A stretch of DNA of 51,382 nt, counting the filler, from Catajapyx aquilonaris (lineage: Eukaryota): NCBI GenBank assembly GCA_000934665.2. It is 2 parts of 2 records of this genome, joined end to end, with 100 filler letters (N's around TTAATTAATTAA, not from the genome) between each part and the next. Parts side by side here need not be neighbours in the genome. Positions count along the whole stretch, not along the records: positions 25,734 to 51,382 come from JYFJ02005329.1; 1 more part is not named here. One strand, 5' to 3'. The notes beneath the pieces were generated by a model, which was not told the origin of the DNA, did no database searches, and saw only the letters and a list, made by a program, of their open reading frames with translations. This document shows positions 25,734 to 38,260 of the stretch, piece after piece. How positions within the stretch are numbered: position 1 is the first letter of the stretch; each line of letters starts with the position of its first letter. The position numbers were made by a program, and so were the translations under genes.

Positions 25734-26077
25734 TCCGTGTCACACTGGAAGAAGTGGCCTCTGAAGTGTCTGCCACATCCCCCCGTACTCGCCCGACTTA
25801 GCACCATCTGATTACCACATCTTTGGTCCATTGAAAGCAGACCTAGGAGGAAAGAAGTTCCAGTCCATGATGAAGTGGAAGCGGCGGTGCACAACTGGCT
25901 ACGAGCTCAATCGAAATAATTTTTTTCCCGCGGTATTGAGGTGCTTCCTACCAGGTGGCGCACTTGCATTGAACGCCAAGGGGACTATGTGGAAAAATAG
26001 TGTAGTTGTCACAATCATTATTATAGTAGAACAATTGTAAAAAAAAAAAAATCTCGTTTTCATTTGATTCCCCCTCG
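25734..26077 (+). mobile_element. Mariner transposase 3' remnant with right TIR
   Basis: LPHPPYSPDLAPSDYHIFGPLKADLGGKKF..HNWLR..GDYVEK*; TIR CTCGTTTTCATTTGATTCCCCCTCG-TA. Confidence 0.92.
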
Positions 26078-27790
26078 TATAAAGGTAGCCTAGTTCGTAA
26101 TAATATTGCATGAAGAGTGAATCTGTTTCTTTGAGATTTCCTGTCCTTTTTTAAAAACCCCGTGATAGGGCTCTAAGCCCTTGCAAGAACAAGGTTAATC
26201 ATACTGAACAATAGCGTTTGTTCTATACCACCAGACATGAATGACCTTTGTATTGCAGTTGCTGTGAACACTCAGCCTGCTTATTGACCTTGAACCTGAC
26301 CTATGAATGCAGCATTTTTTGACATATTTCTGGTGCTGCTGATCTACTGAGAAATGCTTATTTAAACAGCAGCATGTTTTTCTTCATTATCCAAAGTTGA
26401 GTTTTTGTGTGTACGTATATACCCTACATTTACCAGTCTCTATTCAAATGCTTCTTTGAGACCTGATAATTACTCGTACCATTAGCCACTAGGTTTAGCA
26501 GTATTGTAATTATATTTTTGGTATCATCCTTTACTCTATAGTGTAACCCTATCAGCTGATATTGCATTATTGATGCTTAGAAAAATTAAATAACCCTGCA
26601 CCATTTTGCAACTAAGTCTGACTCACATTAATGTGTGTTAATGAGCCTGTGAACAAGCACAGGCTATTAAATTAATGTATCCAATGCATAGGCCTACCTT
26701 TAGGAGTGAAAAATTCACCTCACCAGTACTAAAACAGTGTGCTCCTGAGTCATACTCTACGTGAATTGTATACTTATCTACTTTAGATGTAATCTTTTTT
26801 GCTAATTAGTTTATCTTCTTGGCAGTGAATGACAAGATAACACGTACACTTCTACTTACTGCTACTGCACTGCTTTTAAGTTGTACTTTCGGTGATTCAA
26901 CTTTGACAACACAATTGCCAATTCTGGATCATGATAAACTTTCAAATCAATCATGTAGTCAGAGAAGGTGGGGTGGGGAGAGAGTTCAGAAAGGAAGATG
27001 CCACCCACCACCTCTCAAACAAAATTTCTGGCTATGCCACTTCTTCACATTAAATTTTTATGATCACATTGCATTAGCCATGTGTGCAACAAGATGCTTA
27101 CAATGATGGAAAAGGTTAACACATTTCCTTCGCGACAATTGTAACTGATAACAATATCCACAAGAATCCTGGAATGAAATTGCAACTGCAACAAGTGCAA
27201 CAGTAATATTAGTGCTAGCAGTAGTATAAAGTCCAAGGCATGAATTACGTTTAATACAGTGGAAACTTTTATTTGGTAATTACAAAAAAAGGAAATTGTA
27301 CAACACTTGAAGTACCAATACTATGCTATGAAATTAATAATGATCAGGTATGCCACTCCACTTATAAGGAACCCAATAGTCTAGCCCAATAAATTCCTGA
27401 AGAACATAGATATGCAATTTTGTCCAGATCACTGTTTGGCACTCAACCACCATTACTAATGTGTACTTACATGTGATGTCAATTAGAAAGCAGAGTAGTC
27501 AGCTTGTCTTAAAGATGTGGGCAACCCCCTGCTTTAAATAGTCAGATGTGTGTAAAGTGTGATGGCCCCATCACCATGTCCCATAAACACTGATAAAGCT
27601 AGAATTGTGTACGAAGGGCATCCCTAGGGTATCACATTCACTTGGCCTGCTCCGGTTAGGTTATCACTCATCCAGACTGCTGCCCAAATGAAAGATCAGC
27701 ATCTCATGGTGCCTCACGCTCACATACATCAACCAATCACATCATTTGACATGTGTGACAATTACACTTTTCTTGCTTTCACAGATTTTA

Positions 27791-28084
27791 TTAGTCATCC
27801 AAAACAGAATCCAACCATTCTTCCAAACTTGTCAGTCTGCTTGTCTTAGCCACTTCTTTATTAGGCATAGTTCCGTCCCCTGACCCATCCTCTGGTGGTT
27901 CTTTCTCATGATGCTTCAAATCGGATATTGCAATAGGTTTCATAGTAGCTATGTGGAGTGTACGATGGAGTGCGGCTGGTAACGTCACAGAACTGATCTT
28001 TGACCTTGGGGTTATAGAAGGCTGATCACTCACTCGACTCTCTCCACAGGTCACCTCTGGCAAGATGTCAGGCTGTAGTGAGTT

Positions 28085-28149
<65 letters not shown>

Positions 28150-31100
28150 AGCTGCACAACTCTAATATATTGAAAATGCCTTAGTTGCTACACACCGTAA
28201 ATATTTAGTGTAGGTCTACATCAGATTCCTTGTAACATTTTACAGCATGTGCTAGAAGATCTGCTCTTTTCATTGGCTAAAAGACTCACATATATGGTAC
28301 CATAAAACAGGGTTTCAGCCGGTTTTGACAAACTCAGTCATAATATAACTTTTGTGTTCAATAGGACAGAAACATTAAAAACACATCAGAGCATTATGTA
28401 TGAGTGATGTACTATGGGCGCCAAAAGAATTGACCGGAGTTGATGGGTATATGGCGCTAGATACCCATGAACGCCGGTCAATTCTTTTGGCGCCCATAGT
28501 ACATTTCGAAAGAATTTTCGGGAATTTCATTTTGAAATTTTGAAATAGTTGCAAGTGTTTTGCCCTGCTAAATTTACTAATACTTCCCCCCCCCCCNCCC
28601 CTGCCCCCTGACTGTCTACCCATTTGTTCAATTCTAGAATGAGAAAAAAAAATCATCTTCAAACATTCTGAAAAGCAACTTGGGCACTTTTTGTAATGCT
28701 AGAATTTTCTGAGGATTTTTAAAAAGCACTTAAACATGAAAACATTAGCACAAGAGTAACTGAAGGGGAGACCATGCAAAGGTCCTAAGTGCCAAACCCC
28801 TGATTTTGAGTTATGAATGTTTCTTTCTCCTCAACAAAACAAACCGAAATAGGCAACCTCCCCATCTACTGGCCAAATGCAGAACCTTACTGATTTTTCT
28901 GGCACGTGGGACTTCTACCCAACATTGGCAATGTCACAAAGGATACCTTGACACTCATAACTCAAATCAGGATTTTTTGGCACTTAGGACATAGGACCTT
29001 TGCATTGTCTCCCCTTCAACTTACGAATAACTTTGGCTATTTTATAATTCAGAATAATTTCAAACTCAAAACATAATTGCCACCATCATGGCAAGCAAGA
29101 CACATGTAACCTAGTCTCACACGAGAAAGAACATTCAGACTGTCTTACTCGGTTCTCTGCAGCCTACATGCGACTGAGTTTCCTTCTGACACTGTTTCAT
29201 CTTGTTTGGTGTGGCTGACATTCATTTAATTATATAGTCTGGTATTGGTCTGGTAGGTAATTCCTGAATGTCTGCCTGTGAACAGATCTTAGTATTGACA
29301 TAGCCATTGAATGAAAGCTGGCTGGACTATGCACATGTCCAGCACTAAAACAAAATTGGACTGCTGCATTGTAAAGTGTTGACAGGGCAGAACAGTCACT
29401 ACCAAAGTTATCACAGGGTATCAGCTGTATCCAATTTTATAGTTCAATAGAGAGTACTGCATGGTACCTGGTGTCCAACAAGAATTGTCGCAGCGGCAGC
29501 GCACGAACTACAGTCTCTCGTGTCCCTGTGCTCGTAGATTGTAATTCATGCGCTGCCACTGCGACAATTCTTGTTGGACTGATAGTACATGTCTCATGGT
29601 CATCTCTAAATCATCAACTTGTTGTCCTTCTCTCCCTTGGTATTGCTTGGTTTCCAGATCTGAATCACTTACCCCGATCTTTCCCAGGAGACCTTTTCTG
29701 ACCAATAAAACAAGGCACAAAATGAAATAAAGAAAAAGTTCTTGAGAGTCTCATGTCTTAAGCCTGCTTCATAAATTCGGAGGAAGGCTGAGCGGGTGGC
29801 AAGAGTTTGTTTGGGGCGTGGCTTGGTGAGCAGAACCTGAGCAGTGACAATTCACAAATTTGGCGGTGGTGCTGCGGGCGGAAACTCTGAGCGGTGGGAA
29901 TCCGCAAAGCCCAACTGGTTGGACTTAGCAATTGCCACCACTCAGGTTCCGCGCCCCAAACCACGCCCCCAAACGCACTCTTGCCGCCCGCTTAGCCTTC
30001 CGCCTAATTTGTGAAGCAGGCTTAAGGTCCTATATCTCCAAGACATAATTCAATGAGAGATTAGTTCTATCCTGGTTGATAGACATTCCTGCAGTGCCGA
30101 CAGCTGGGAAGGTCAGCTTTTCTCTCTCTAATATTAAAGTGACCTTCATTCATGTCAGTAGACATTCATGTGTGTATAACAGTTTCAGTTTCTTTAGTGT
30201 AGCTCAGAATTTAAAAAGATGTGAATTATGGTGGGTTTTTCAGTTGTCCTCTAGTAGCGGCCAAATAGTAGCTACTACGAGTAGCTAGTAGCAATTACAG
30301 TGTGAATACTAAACAGGTTTTTCATCCCACAACTATCTACTCTGAGCGGCGGATGACTGACTATTAGTTGGTAGTCGCGGCGTCGCAGTGCTTATGCGCT
30401 TGCTTAGTTCCAACACTGGCATCAGGTATGAACAGGGGTGGGGGGGGGGGGTGCCTGGTGCCATCAACGGCATCATTTTGCCTGTCCATAAAATTCCTAC
30501 ATTAATTGCCATATTCTACAAGTATTTAATTATGTGTCAATAGGAAACTTGACAATCAGCGTTCACCTTCTTATTGCCAGTGCCTTGGAGACACTCTGTA
30601 CTATCTCACAAATGGTGCTACCATTGGTCATATTATGCAAGTGGCAGAAATTATGCAGATACATAAAAATTGCAATGCTGTCAAAACTTGCAGGTCCGGG
30701 CTCACATTAATTTTGTCCGCTTGTTAATATTTGGAGTCAAATCTTGCCTCCCTGATATCTCTAATCTCTATAATGTTTCCTTGTGGAACTGGTACTGGGC
30801 TTGGAATTCTACTGGTCTGTACCTTTCGAAGGTATTTAGCAGGGATCTGTTGCCGGTACTCTCGTGGACTCCGTATCACCTGGACGAAGCTGCCGCATCT
30901 GCCGGGCTATACTTGCACAGCACAGCAGCAGACAGCACGTATTATTTCCTCTGCTGCTCATGCCATGTATGCCTATTTGTCGCCCTGCACAACACACCGG
31001 AGGTGTTCGACGTCGAGGTCACTTATGGCGCGATGTGCAGGCCTGCACTGTAATTCATGTAGGCCTACCGAATTGGAGGTGGTGTATTTTGTGGTCAACA

Positions 31101-34100
31101 AATACCATCTACAAGTCAGTACTGTAGATGGTATAATGTTGATCACAAAATACTACTTCTGGAATCGGTGCATGAAGTACAGTGTGCCAGGCCTGGCGGC
31201 ATTGGTCAACTAACACTGTACACCTGATAATATGTCTTGCACCGAAGCAAGCTGGTGTGGTGGTTAAGGAGCCCAAGTGCTAATCGGGAGGTGCTTTGGT
31301 TCGAATCCCGGAGTCGGCAACCCTGACCGTGGTTTCTGTGGTTTTCCACAGTCACCCCAGGATAATTCCAGGGTTGTTTCCATTTAATAGGCCACAGCCG
31401 CCTCCTTCCTTCCCTATCCTTGGCCCCATCCAATGGTGGTACTCCACCCCCCTAATGGAGCGCTGATTCTCCCAATGGGGCATACATAAATAAATAATCC
31501 GTGTTGCGGATGATCCATTCATCGCCAAAAACACAAGTTACAAACGCAACTCTGAAACACTGACGATATGTCTCGCAAAAAAATATAACAGACTTTACCC
31601 AGCAGACAAACAAAAAAATTCTCAGGTAAATTTCATTATTTCAATTAAACTTTTTTTTAAAACCCTACCCCGTGATAGGACCAGAGGCCCTCTTAGGGCG
31701 GGGGGGGGCATTTTCCCCTCTATTTTCTGCATTTTTATTCAACACAGGCAAGGATGAAAGGACATGGGGTAAGGAAGGGGATTTCTGGGGAGGAGACTGC
31801 CAAACGCCTCCAAGGCACGGGTCAGAGACCCTCCTGAAGCAGGTGAAAGGGAACTCCGGGGCAGGGTTCGAATCCAGGACCTTCCGCTCAGCAAGCCGAG
31901 ATATTACCATCTCGGCCACCTTGCCTCCTGATTAAACTTATTTAAAGCAGCATACCGTATGTCTAGTGGTTCATGAAAAACCTCAGATGAACTCATTTTT
32001 ATGGTGTCTAGGACAATTTTCCCATTATCCGTGTTTTCCGATTATCCAGGCACACCTGTACAGCCATTAGTCCGGATAATCCGGGGTATATTGTAGGCTA
32101 CCATGCACATGGCAAAGATAGCTCCAGCATACAGAAATACGGCAGCCACATGAATTTCACGCTATGTAGAAAGTTAGAGGCAGCCCCTCCTGTCATTAGA
32201 GCTACGAGCCTACGACTGTATTATCGGGAGGGTGCAACTATTATCTGTGCCCTAGTAGAATGCTCCAAAACCCGCGGCGTTGCTAAGAGGGGGGTGATGA
32301 GGGGCGGAGTCTCTAATAGCATCGCAAAACGAACTGAAAAACCCACCCTTACTTTTTGATTTGCCCTCATACCGAAGCAGTTTGGAGGAGGGGACATGGT
32401 GTCCGACTGCTAATCGGGAGGTCCTGGGATCAAATCCCGGGGCCGGCAACTCTGACCGTGGTTTTCTGCGGTTTCCCACTGTCCTTCCAGGAAAATTCCG
32501 GAGTTGTTTCCATAATTAATAGGCCACAGCCGCTTCCTTCCGTCCCTATCCTATCCCAAAGAGCACAGTAAAATGAAAGCAAAGAGTTCCAGGCAAAACA
32601 AACTTCCCCCCTAAAGAGCCGATGGCTGATAACGGGGTATGAATTATCATCATTTGCCATCGTACTACCTTTTCTCTTGGCCATGGGCAGAGAGAGAGAA
32701 GGGCAAGTCGGTCTGGACACATTCGTAGTAAAGTAGAAAATAATCTCTCTCTGCATTCTGCATCCTGAATCTTCTGCTTGGCTTGCCAGTAGCATAACCT
32801 ACTTGTGTCAAAATGGAAGCACCATTATAACATGTTCCCTCTGTACCTTTTACATGCTGTTGCCGAAATTTTTCCTGTCCCCCTGATTATGACCAGGTGA
32901 TCTCTCTCTGCCTCTCTTAAATTTTGATAGTCAGTTGTGCACAAAGATTTTAAAAGCAGCCAAATGTGCATATGCATGAAGCACAACAGCCACAAAGCAG
33001 CACAAACTATTAGGCATTATTGTAATAAAACATTGAACTTTTGTCACAAAAGTATAGACAGGGGTGGTCCCGCAGTCATTGCCAGCAATAGAATATTGAA
33101 ATCCAGGTGGCCAGAGTGGGAAGGGGACAATGCAACTAAGGGCCGATTTCTCGAACAGTGGTTCAAATGTAAACAAGGTTCAAATCCGGTTTGAACCCAG
33201 TTCAGAGAAATTTCCATTTCTCGAGGCAAAAGTAAACCATGGATACGGTTTAAACTTGGTTCACATCTGATGGCCCGATTGCCGGCCGTTATCGGAAATA
33301 AACCGGGTTTGGAATGCCGGGAACAATGACAGGTGTCATTTTTTGACTTTTTTTGCCGACGTTACTCCGCAAAATGAGTTTTTATGGCACTTTTCGGAGG
33401 CCAAAAAATTCCCCCCTGTGAACCATAGATAGTGCAAATCTTTGTCTTTCTAATGATATATTTGAAACTTAGAAATCGCAACTATGTGTAATCATAATTA
33501 AGTTAATTGCACACCTCAGTTATCTCAGCCGTTTCTCATCCGAATTACTTCGCGAATGTATCGACGGCAAGCCAGAAATGTGCGTGATAAAATTACATTG
33601 TGCTCTATTACACTAAAATGTTTAAAAGTATTGTTTTAGTAAGTTTAATAGACAAGTACTCAGCCCGATTTCTGTCGGGAATAGACGGCGATACTTTGAA
33701 ATACGTTTAAAACTTTTAGTGTAGCACTATGTAATTTTATCACGCACATTTCTGGCTTTCCGTCGGTACATTCGCGAAGTAATTCGGATTATAAACAGCC
33801 GAGATAACAGAGGTGTGCAATTAACTTAATTATGATTACACAAATGGCGATTTCCGAGTTTCAAATATATCATTAGAAAGACAAATATTTGCACTATCCA
33901 GGGTCCACAGCGTGAATTTTTTGGCCTCCGAGAAGTGTCATAAAAAATTCATTTTGCAGCGTAACGTCGGCAACTAGTCAAAAAATGTCACTTTCAAATG
34001 CGATGTCCCTCACTCCACCTTCCAGACTTGCTGACTAGAGATTGTTTACAAGCCGGTAAAGACTTGCGCTGAAGCTCAGACCGGTTCGGGGAAATAAGGG

Positions 34101-36170
34101 ACTACGCGACATGTGGCAACGGCGCAATTCTAACCGAGGCTTGTCGTTCACATAGTAACCGAGGGTTTGTTTAAGCTCGATAAATGCTCACACTCGGAAG
34201 GGGAGTTTAAACTGCATCTAGCGTGTAGACGCGAACTCAGTTCAAACTGACTTGAACCACTGTTCGAGAAATTGGCCCTGAGGCTATCTAGCTATTAGAA
34301 GATGTGCAGATGGGACAGATGGAAACAGAAAAGGAGAGAGAAGAGAGGAAAGACTAGTCTTTCATTTATTTAAAAACCAGTTTTAATTCATATTTTTGTC
34401 TGCTTCCTACCCCAAAAAGACCATTCCAGCTTGGGTGACCTTGCCAGTAGATGAATTACTACCGATACTCAGGATTTCCAGAGAGACACTGGCCTCCCCA
34501 CCTTGACAAGGTGGAGATACCACTGGTGAGGGCAGATGGCCAATCTTTCGAATATGTCTCTCCTGATCTGCACATCAATATATGTGGCCATTTACTCTTG
34601 GTGTGGCAAAAAGTGTAGTCAGAAAGGAGCAAGAGTCATGTTTAATGCAGAAGTTAAGTAACCGACTTATTCCAGCACTTTCCCCTTGGTGTTCATGTTG
34701 TATGCTGTGGTGGAAGTATCACTTCACCTTTACTGTCATTTGCATTTTTTCAGGGGGAAAAACTACCCACCGGAAATTCATCCTCTTGCATTCTTAAGCG
34801 TTGTGTTAGTGCGATGCACTTGAGAGACCGGCCTAGCTGGTCCATGTTCAGTGAGAATGAGTTGTCCAAGGGCACCCAAGAATCAAAATCCCAGGTTTTT
34901 TCAGACTTGAATCTGAAATGGCTTCCCAAACCTGTAGGGTACATTAATATGGTTAGTAGATAGTATTATATAGTATGCCAGTATGCAGAGCATTTTTCCA
35001 TGATCCATAGATGGTGACTCACTAAAAAATAGTTGGTAATTAAAATTCTGCATCAAAAAGCAGCAAATGGTTTTCAGCTCCAAAAATTCAGACAACTCCA
35101 GAAATTGTGCAATGTCAGACTACAACCTGCACAAATTTTTCCATCCATCTGTCGTTTTAACTGAGAAAACTATGCTTACACATTAAGCTGCAGTTGGATA
35201 TCTAATGCAGGTAAGAAAACCATTTCTTATATTGGAATCCTTCATGTCTTTAAATAACTTGGAAAATATTACCTCCATTACCTCCAGCAAGGTTCGCAAG
35301 CCATGTGAATAGAATCAACTTTCCTTAACTATGTTCCAGACATTGGCCACAAGAAGTGATACTGTTTCCTAGGAGATGGTCCTGACATTTGCAAAAGTGT
35401 GTCAGGAACATGTTTGCCCCCAATTTCCACTTGCATGGCATCAATGTCGTGATGTTGCAACCATGTTTACTCCCACCACATAAAAGCGGGCGTTGGCCCC
35501 GCTGCCAGCCTTGCTTGTGTACCAGCTCTCTTATTGTAAAGATTAATTACAATATGTATGCGGTTTATCCACCCACTGGTGTTCATTCCTTACGACTGAA
35601 CCTCCGTCCTGAGCCAGCCAGGTCTGACACTAGGTCAATGAGTCAGACAAGTGCATAAGTAGATTTTGCCACAAAATTGATCAGTTTGAAAATAAACTTT
35701 TGACTGGGTTTTGATGTGATTCAAAATACCGTGTAGGGCCCTAAATCTCATCCAGATTGGAATGTAATGACCTGTCATGCAATGTAGGTGATACAAACAT
35801 GCTATGCTAGTGGCACTCACTTCCAAAATCTAGGACATCTTTAAAACTGGAGCTCTCATCATCACAATATCTTGATGCATTGCTGGAAGGTGTATATCTA
35901 ATCTTGGTTGGTTTTCTAGATTCTTGGGAAGGAACTTGCCTATGTGGTACCTGTGAAGCCAAGTAAGGTAGTAATTGCAGTAATTTGCTGCTGCAATAAC
36001 CTTAAAAATAGTGAGAACATGAATAACTTAATTTTTTAAAATCACCTATGTGTTACCTCAGCTAACATCTCACGAGGGTTGTGCTTCTTAGCCCCAAAAC
36101 TGGCAACATCCTCTTTTCCGGTACCTACAGGCTTTTGCTGCTTCTTTTTATGCTTGCTGTGGTGAGGCAT
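27791..36170 (-). CDS. AVEN: Cell death regulator Aven-like protein
   Basis: Exons 36170-36057 (MPHHSKHKKK..), 35950-35821 (..SNASRY..FKDVL), 34931-~34770 (GSHFRFKSEKTWD..FSLNMDQLGRSLKCIALTQRL), probable ~34567-34410 and 29697-29589, last 28072-27791 ending LEEWLDSVLDD*. Resembles Aven motifs SNWDRY, SQFRFAEEKEWD and C-terminal LEDWLDS. Middle exons uncertain. Confidence 0.82.
28100..28146. repeat. (AG)n microsatellite
   Basis: Directly visible; forms a pyrimidine tract upstream of the last AVEN acceptor. Confidence 0.95.
28412..28499. mobile_element. Tiny palindromic MITE (TA-CTAT..ATAG-TA)
   Basis: CTATGGGCGCCAAAAGAATTGACCGG and exact inverse, TA flanks. Confidence 0.8.
28761..29020. mobile_element. 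MITE
   Basis: TGAAGGGGAGAC(C/A)ATGCAAAGGTCCTA inverted ends. Confidence 0.75.
29473..29585. mobile_element. Palindromic MITE abutting a probable AVEN exon
   Basis: GTCCAACAAGAATTGTCGCAG.. and inverse, ~45-bp arms. Confidence 0.75.
29761..30022. mobile_element. Tourist-like MITE
   Basis: AGCCTGCTTCA(T/C)AAATT inverted ends within TTAA context. Confidence 0.8.
30250..31060 (+). mobile_element. Probable decayed Harbinger transposase remnant
   Basis: VPGAING..(GAIDG-like) at ~30451; RGLR..ARII..LHN-like segment across frames at 30860-30995. Confidence 0.4.
31241..31565 (+). mobile_element. tRNA-derived SINE with Nin/Deu-like central domain
   Basis: B box GGTTCGAATCC; GTGGTTTTCC..CCAGG..TAGGCCACAGCCGC..CCTTCC core; flanking repeat ATATGTCT(T/C)GC. 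Confidence 0.85.
31653..31930 (-). mobile_element. tRNA-derived SINE, family A variant
   Basis: Head homologous to family A, different tail; TSD ATTAAACTT. Confidence 0.85.
32371..32650 (+). mobile_element. Nin/Deu-domain SINE, second copy
   Basis: Homologous to 31241-31430; starts with ACCGAAGCA. Confidence 0.85.
33140..34278. mobile_element. PIF/Harbinger non-autonomous element
   Basis: TIR GGGCC(G/A)ATTTCTCGAACAGTGGTTCAA; flanks TAA / TGA. Confidence 0.85.
33331..33993. mobile_element. Long foldback element nested in the Harbinger MITE
   Basis: ~300-bp inverted arms (e.g. CATAATTAAGTTAATTGCACACCTC / GAGGTGTGCAATTAACTTAATTATG). Confidence 0.88.
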
Positions 36171-36885
36171 GACTACTAGTTCTGGATGATGCTTGTGACA
36201 CTTCCACTGAAAACAATATCATGTAACAGTTGTAAAAGTCAAGCTTGTGCAAAATGTCTACTATGAGGCCAGGCAGTGGATTAGTAGGTCATGTAATTCA
36301 CCAGCCAAGTAGGAGGTTAGGAGTTAAAATTGATTGATAATACCATTGCATAGCCAAATCTTTATTTGGGTTTGGGATCATCTATAATGAATAATAACAA
36401 CAATAATAATAATGCTTTACATGACAGTACAAAGACATTGTATGGGGTATTTTCTCTCTCTCCATAATATTCTTTATTAATTATTTCTGATACTGGTATG
36501 GGGGAGGAATTCACTTCATGCCTTTAAAAAACTATTCGAGCACTTTCTGGAAGTGGACAGAGAAACCAGTGCTGTGAATCAAGCTCAGGAACTGAATGAC
36601 AGGAAGTCTTAATCACTTGGTTAGATTGTTTTGGCTTTTTAATATTACTAATTGCTACTATTTTTACTAGTACTGCCAGGTACTGCTAATTTCACCTGTT
36701 CCTAGTGGAAATCTGACAATTGTTAAGTTTTCCCCAAGTCACTAAACAATATCCATAAGCACATTAAACCGAAACGGTACCATTGTTGATGTTATTAATA
36801 TTTTCCCCTCTTTGCTGCACATTGTAATGCAAGTCTTCATTTATAACAATGTATCACATTTTCCCAACATTACAATACCCCTAAA

Positions 36886-37229
36886 TTTTTTTTTTTTGTT
36901 TGTTTTTTTTTTTGCATTACCCCATTGGGAGTTACATTTCCTTTAGGGGGGTGGAAATACCACCATTTGGGTGGAACCGGTATACTAAGATAGTATTTAG
37001 TGTGTTCCAAGGGTAGGTAGGAGGGGATGTGCAAAGTGCGTGTGCAATGTCATGATGTGCCGTTTTGTGAACTCCCCCGGGTGGCATATGTGAAAGGATC
37101 GCCACCCGAAACGAAGCCAGAGACGGTCTCACTCTGCACGAAAGAAGGTGGGAACCCCGGGTGGGGATTGAACCCGGGACCTTAACTTCCGTGGGCGCAC
37201 GCGTTACCGCGGCGCCACTCCGTCTCCCC
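36886..37229 (-). mobile_element. tRNA-derived SINE, family B
   Basis: A/B boxes on minus strand, ACG anticodon-like loop, poly(A) tail, TSD AATACCCCTAAA. Confidence 0.9.
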
Positions 37230-37780
37230 AATACCCCTAAAAATTGAAATTTCCAATTTGTGTAACAGGAATAACATCCATTGTATATTCTGACACCTAA
37301 TAAATTACATTAAAATATTAAAGCTTTATCAGTTCAAATAATTCTAAGTTGTTCATCCAAGTTCCCCACTGGCTATTATGTTTCTAGGGTGTTCTGACTG
37401 AGTTGTTCAAGGGCAACAGCATGACATACGCCAGCAAAGGTGAAGTACTGGTTGCAAAACATATCTGAAACCCTTATGCTTTTGCAGCATCTAATATAAG
37501 CACCGGCCTGCCCATTTATGTCATGATTGAATAAGTGTGCATACTAGGATCTCTCTCTAAATACATTTATAAAATAATGCCAGTCTGGTCCAATGCTTTT
37601 ATCACTTATATCTGCTTATATTCAGTATTGCAATGTGCTGGCCAGACCATAGTGAAGAAACAGATCTCCCATATTCCCATTCGATTTAATAATTATTCAC
37701 GTACATGCTTCAAGCATTTTATCAGGTTGTTAAGCTCGGTCAAAACTGCGGTTTTATGATAAAACACGTCGTCCGCGTAC

Positions 37781-37990
37781 CTACTAAGCTTCTTGTTCCT
37801 GCCGTGCGTACGCAACCTACAGCTGGCACGGAAATGCAGAGTAGACTCGATTCAGCAGGCAGAACGAATGTGGCAATATTCCCTGCGTGCCTCGCTCATT
37901 CACGCCATGAAACCAAATACCAACGTACGAACTGGACTTCATACGCGCTCATGAGTGCAAGGCAAGGAGAGAGCTGTGCACCGCGTTGAC
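37781..37990 (-). other. Probable non-coding first exon of AVEN-like gene
   Basis: Minus-strand donor TAG|GTACGC at 37780; matching acceptor ttttcag ahead of the ATG exon at 36206; 5' end not defined. Confidence 0.5.
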
Positions 37991-38260
37991 GTCACCATCG
38001 GGGTGGAGGAGCAGGCGCAGGCCGCCAGACAGCCAGCCAGCCAGCCACCGAGCCTCTACCACCACCACCCTACGGGCATTTTGATCCAGTATCGATATCA
38101 CGATGCATTTATTCTTCCAATATCCATATCGATACGGGGCTGCATTATCGATACTAGCTAATACATAAAGGGCGGGAGTATCGATACGAACTTGTGGAAT
38201 ATCGATACGTATCGGGGATCACTGGCAGACCAAAGCAAAACAAAGATGTCGGCCTTCTAC
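37980..38260. promoter_or_regulatory. Bidirectional CpG-rich promoter (AVEN / Pellino) with DRE cluster
   Basis: TATCGATA at 38090, 38127, 38146, 38179, 38200; CRE TGACGTCA 37987; GC box GGGCGG 38170; YY1-like AAGATGTCGGC ~38243; lies between divergent genes. Confidence 0.75.

Noticed and set aside
27620..27720. SECIS-like element in the AVEN 3' UTR
   Set aside because: Poor helix pairing and no in-frame UGA in the confident exons.
30670..31213. Overlapping ORFs as a nested gene in the AVEN intron
   Set aside because: Better explained as a frameshifted Harbinger remnant; no coherent gene model.
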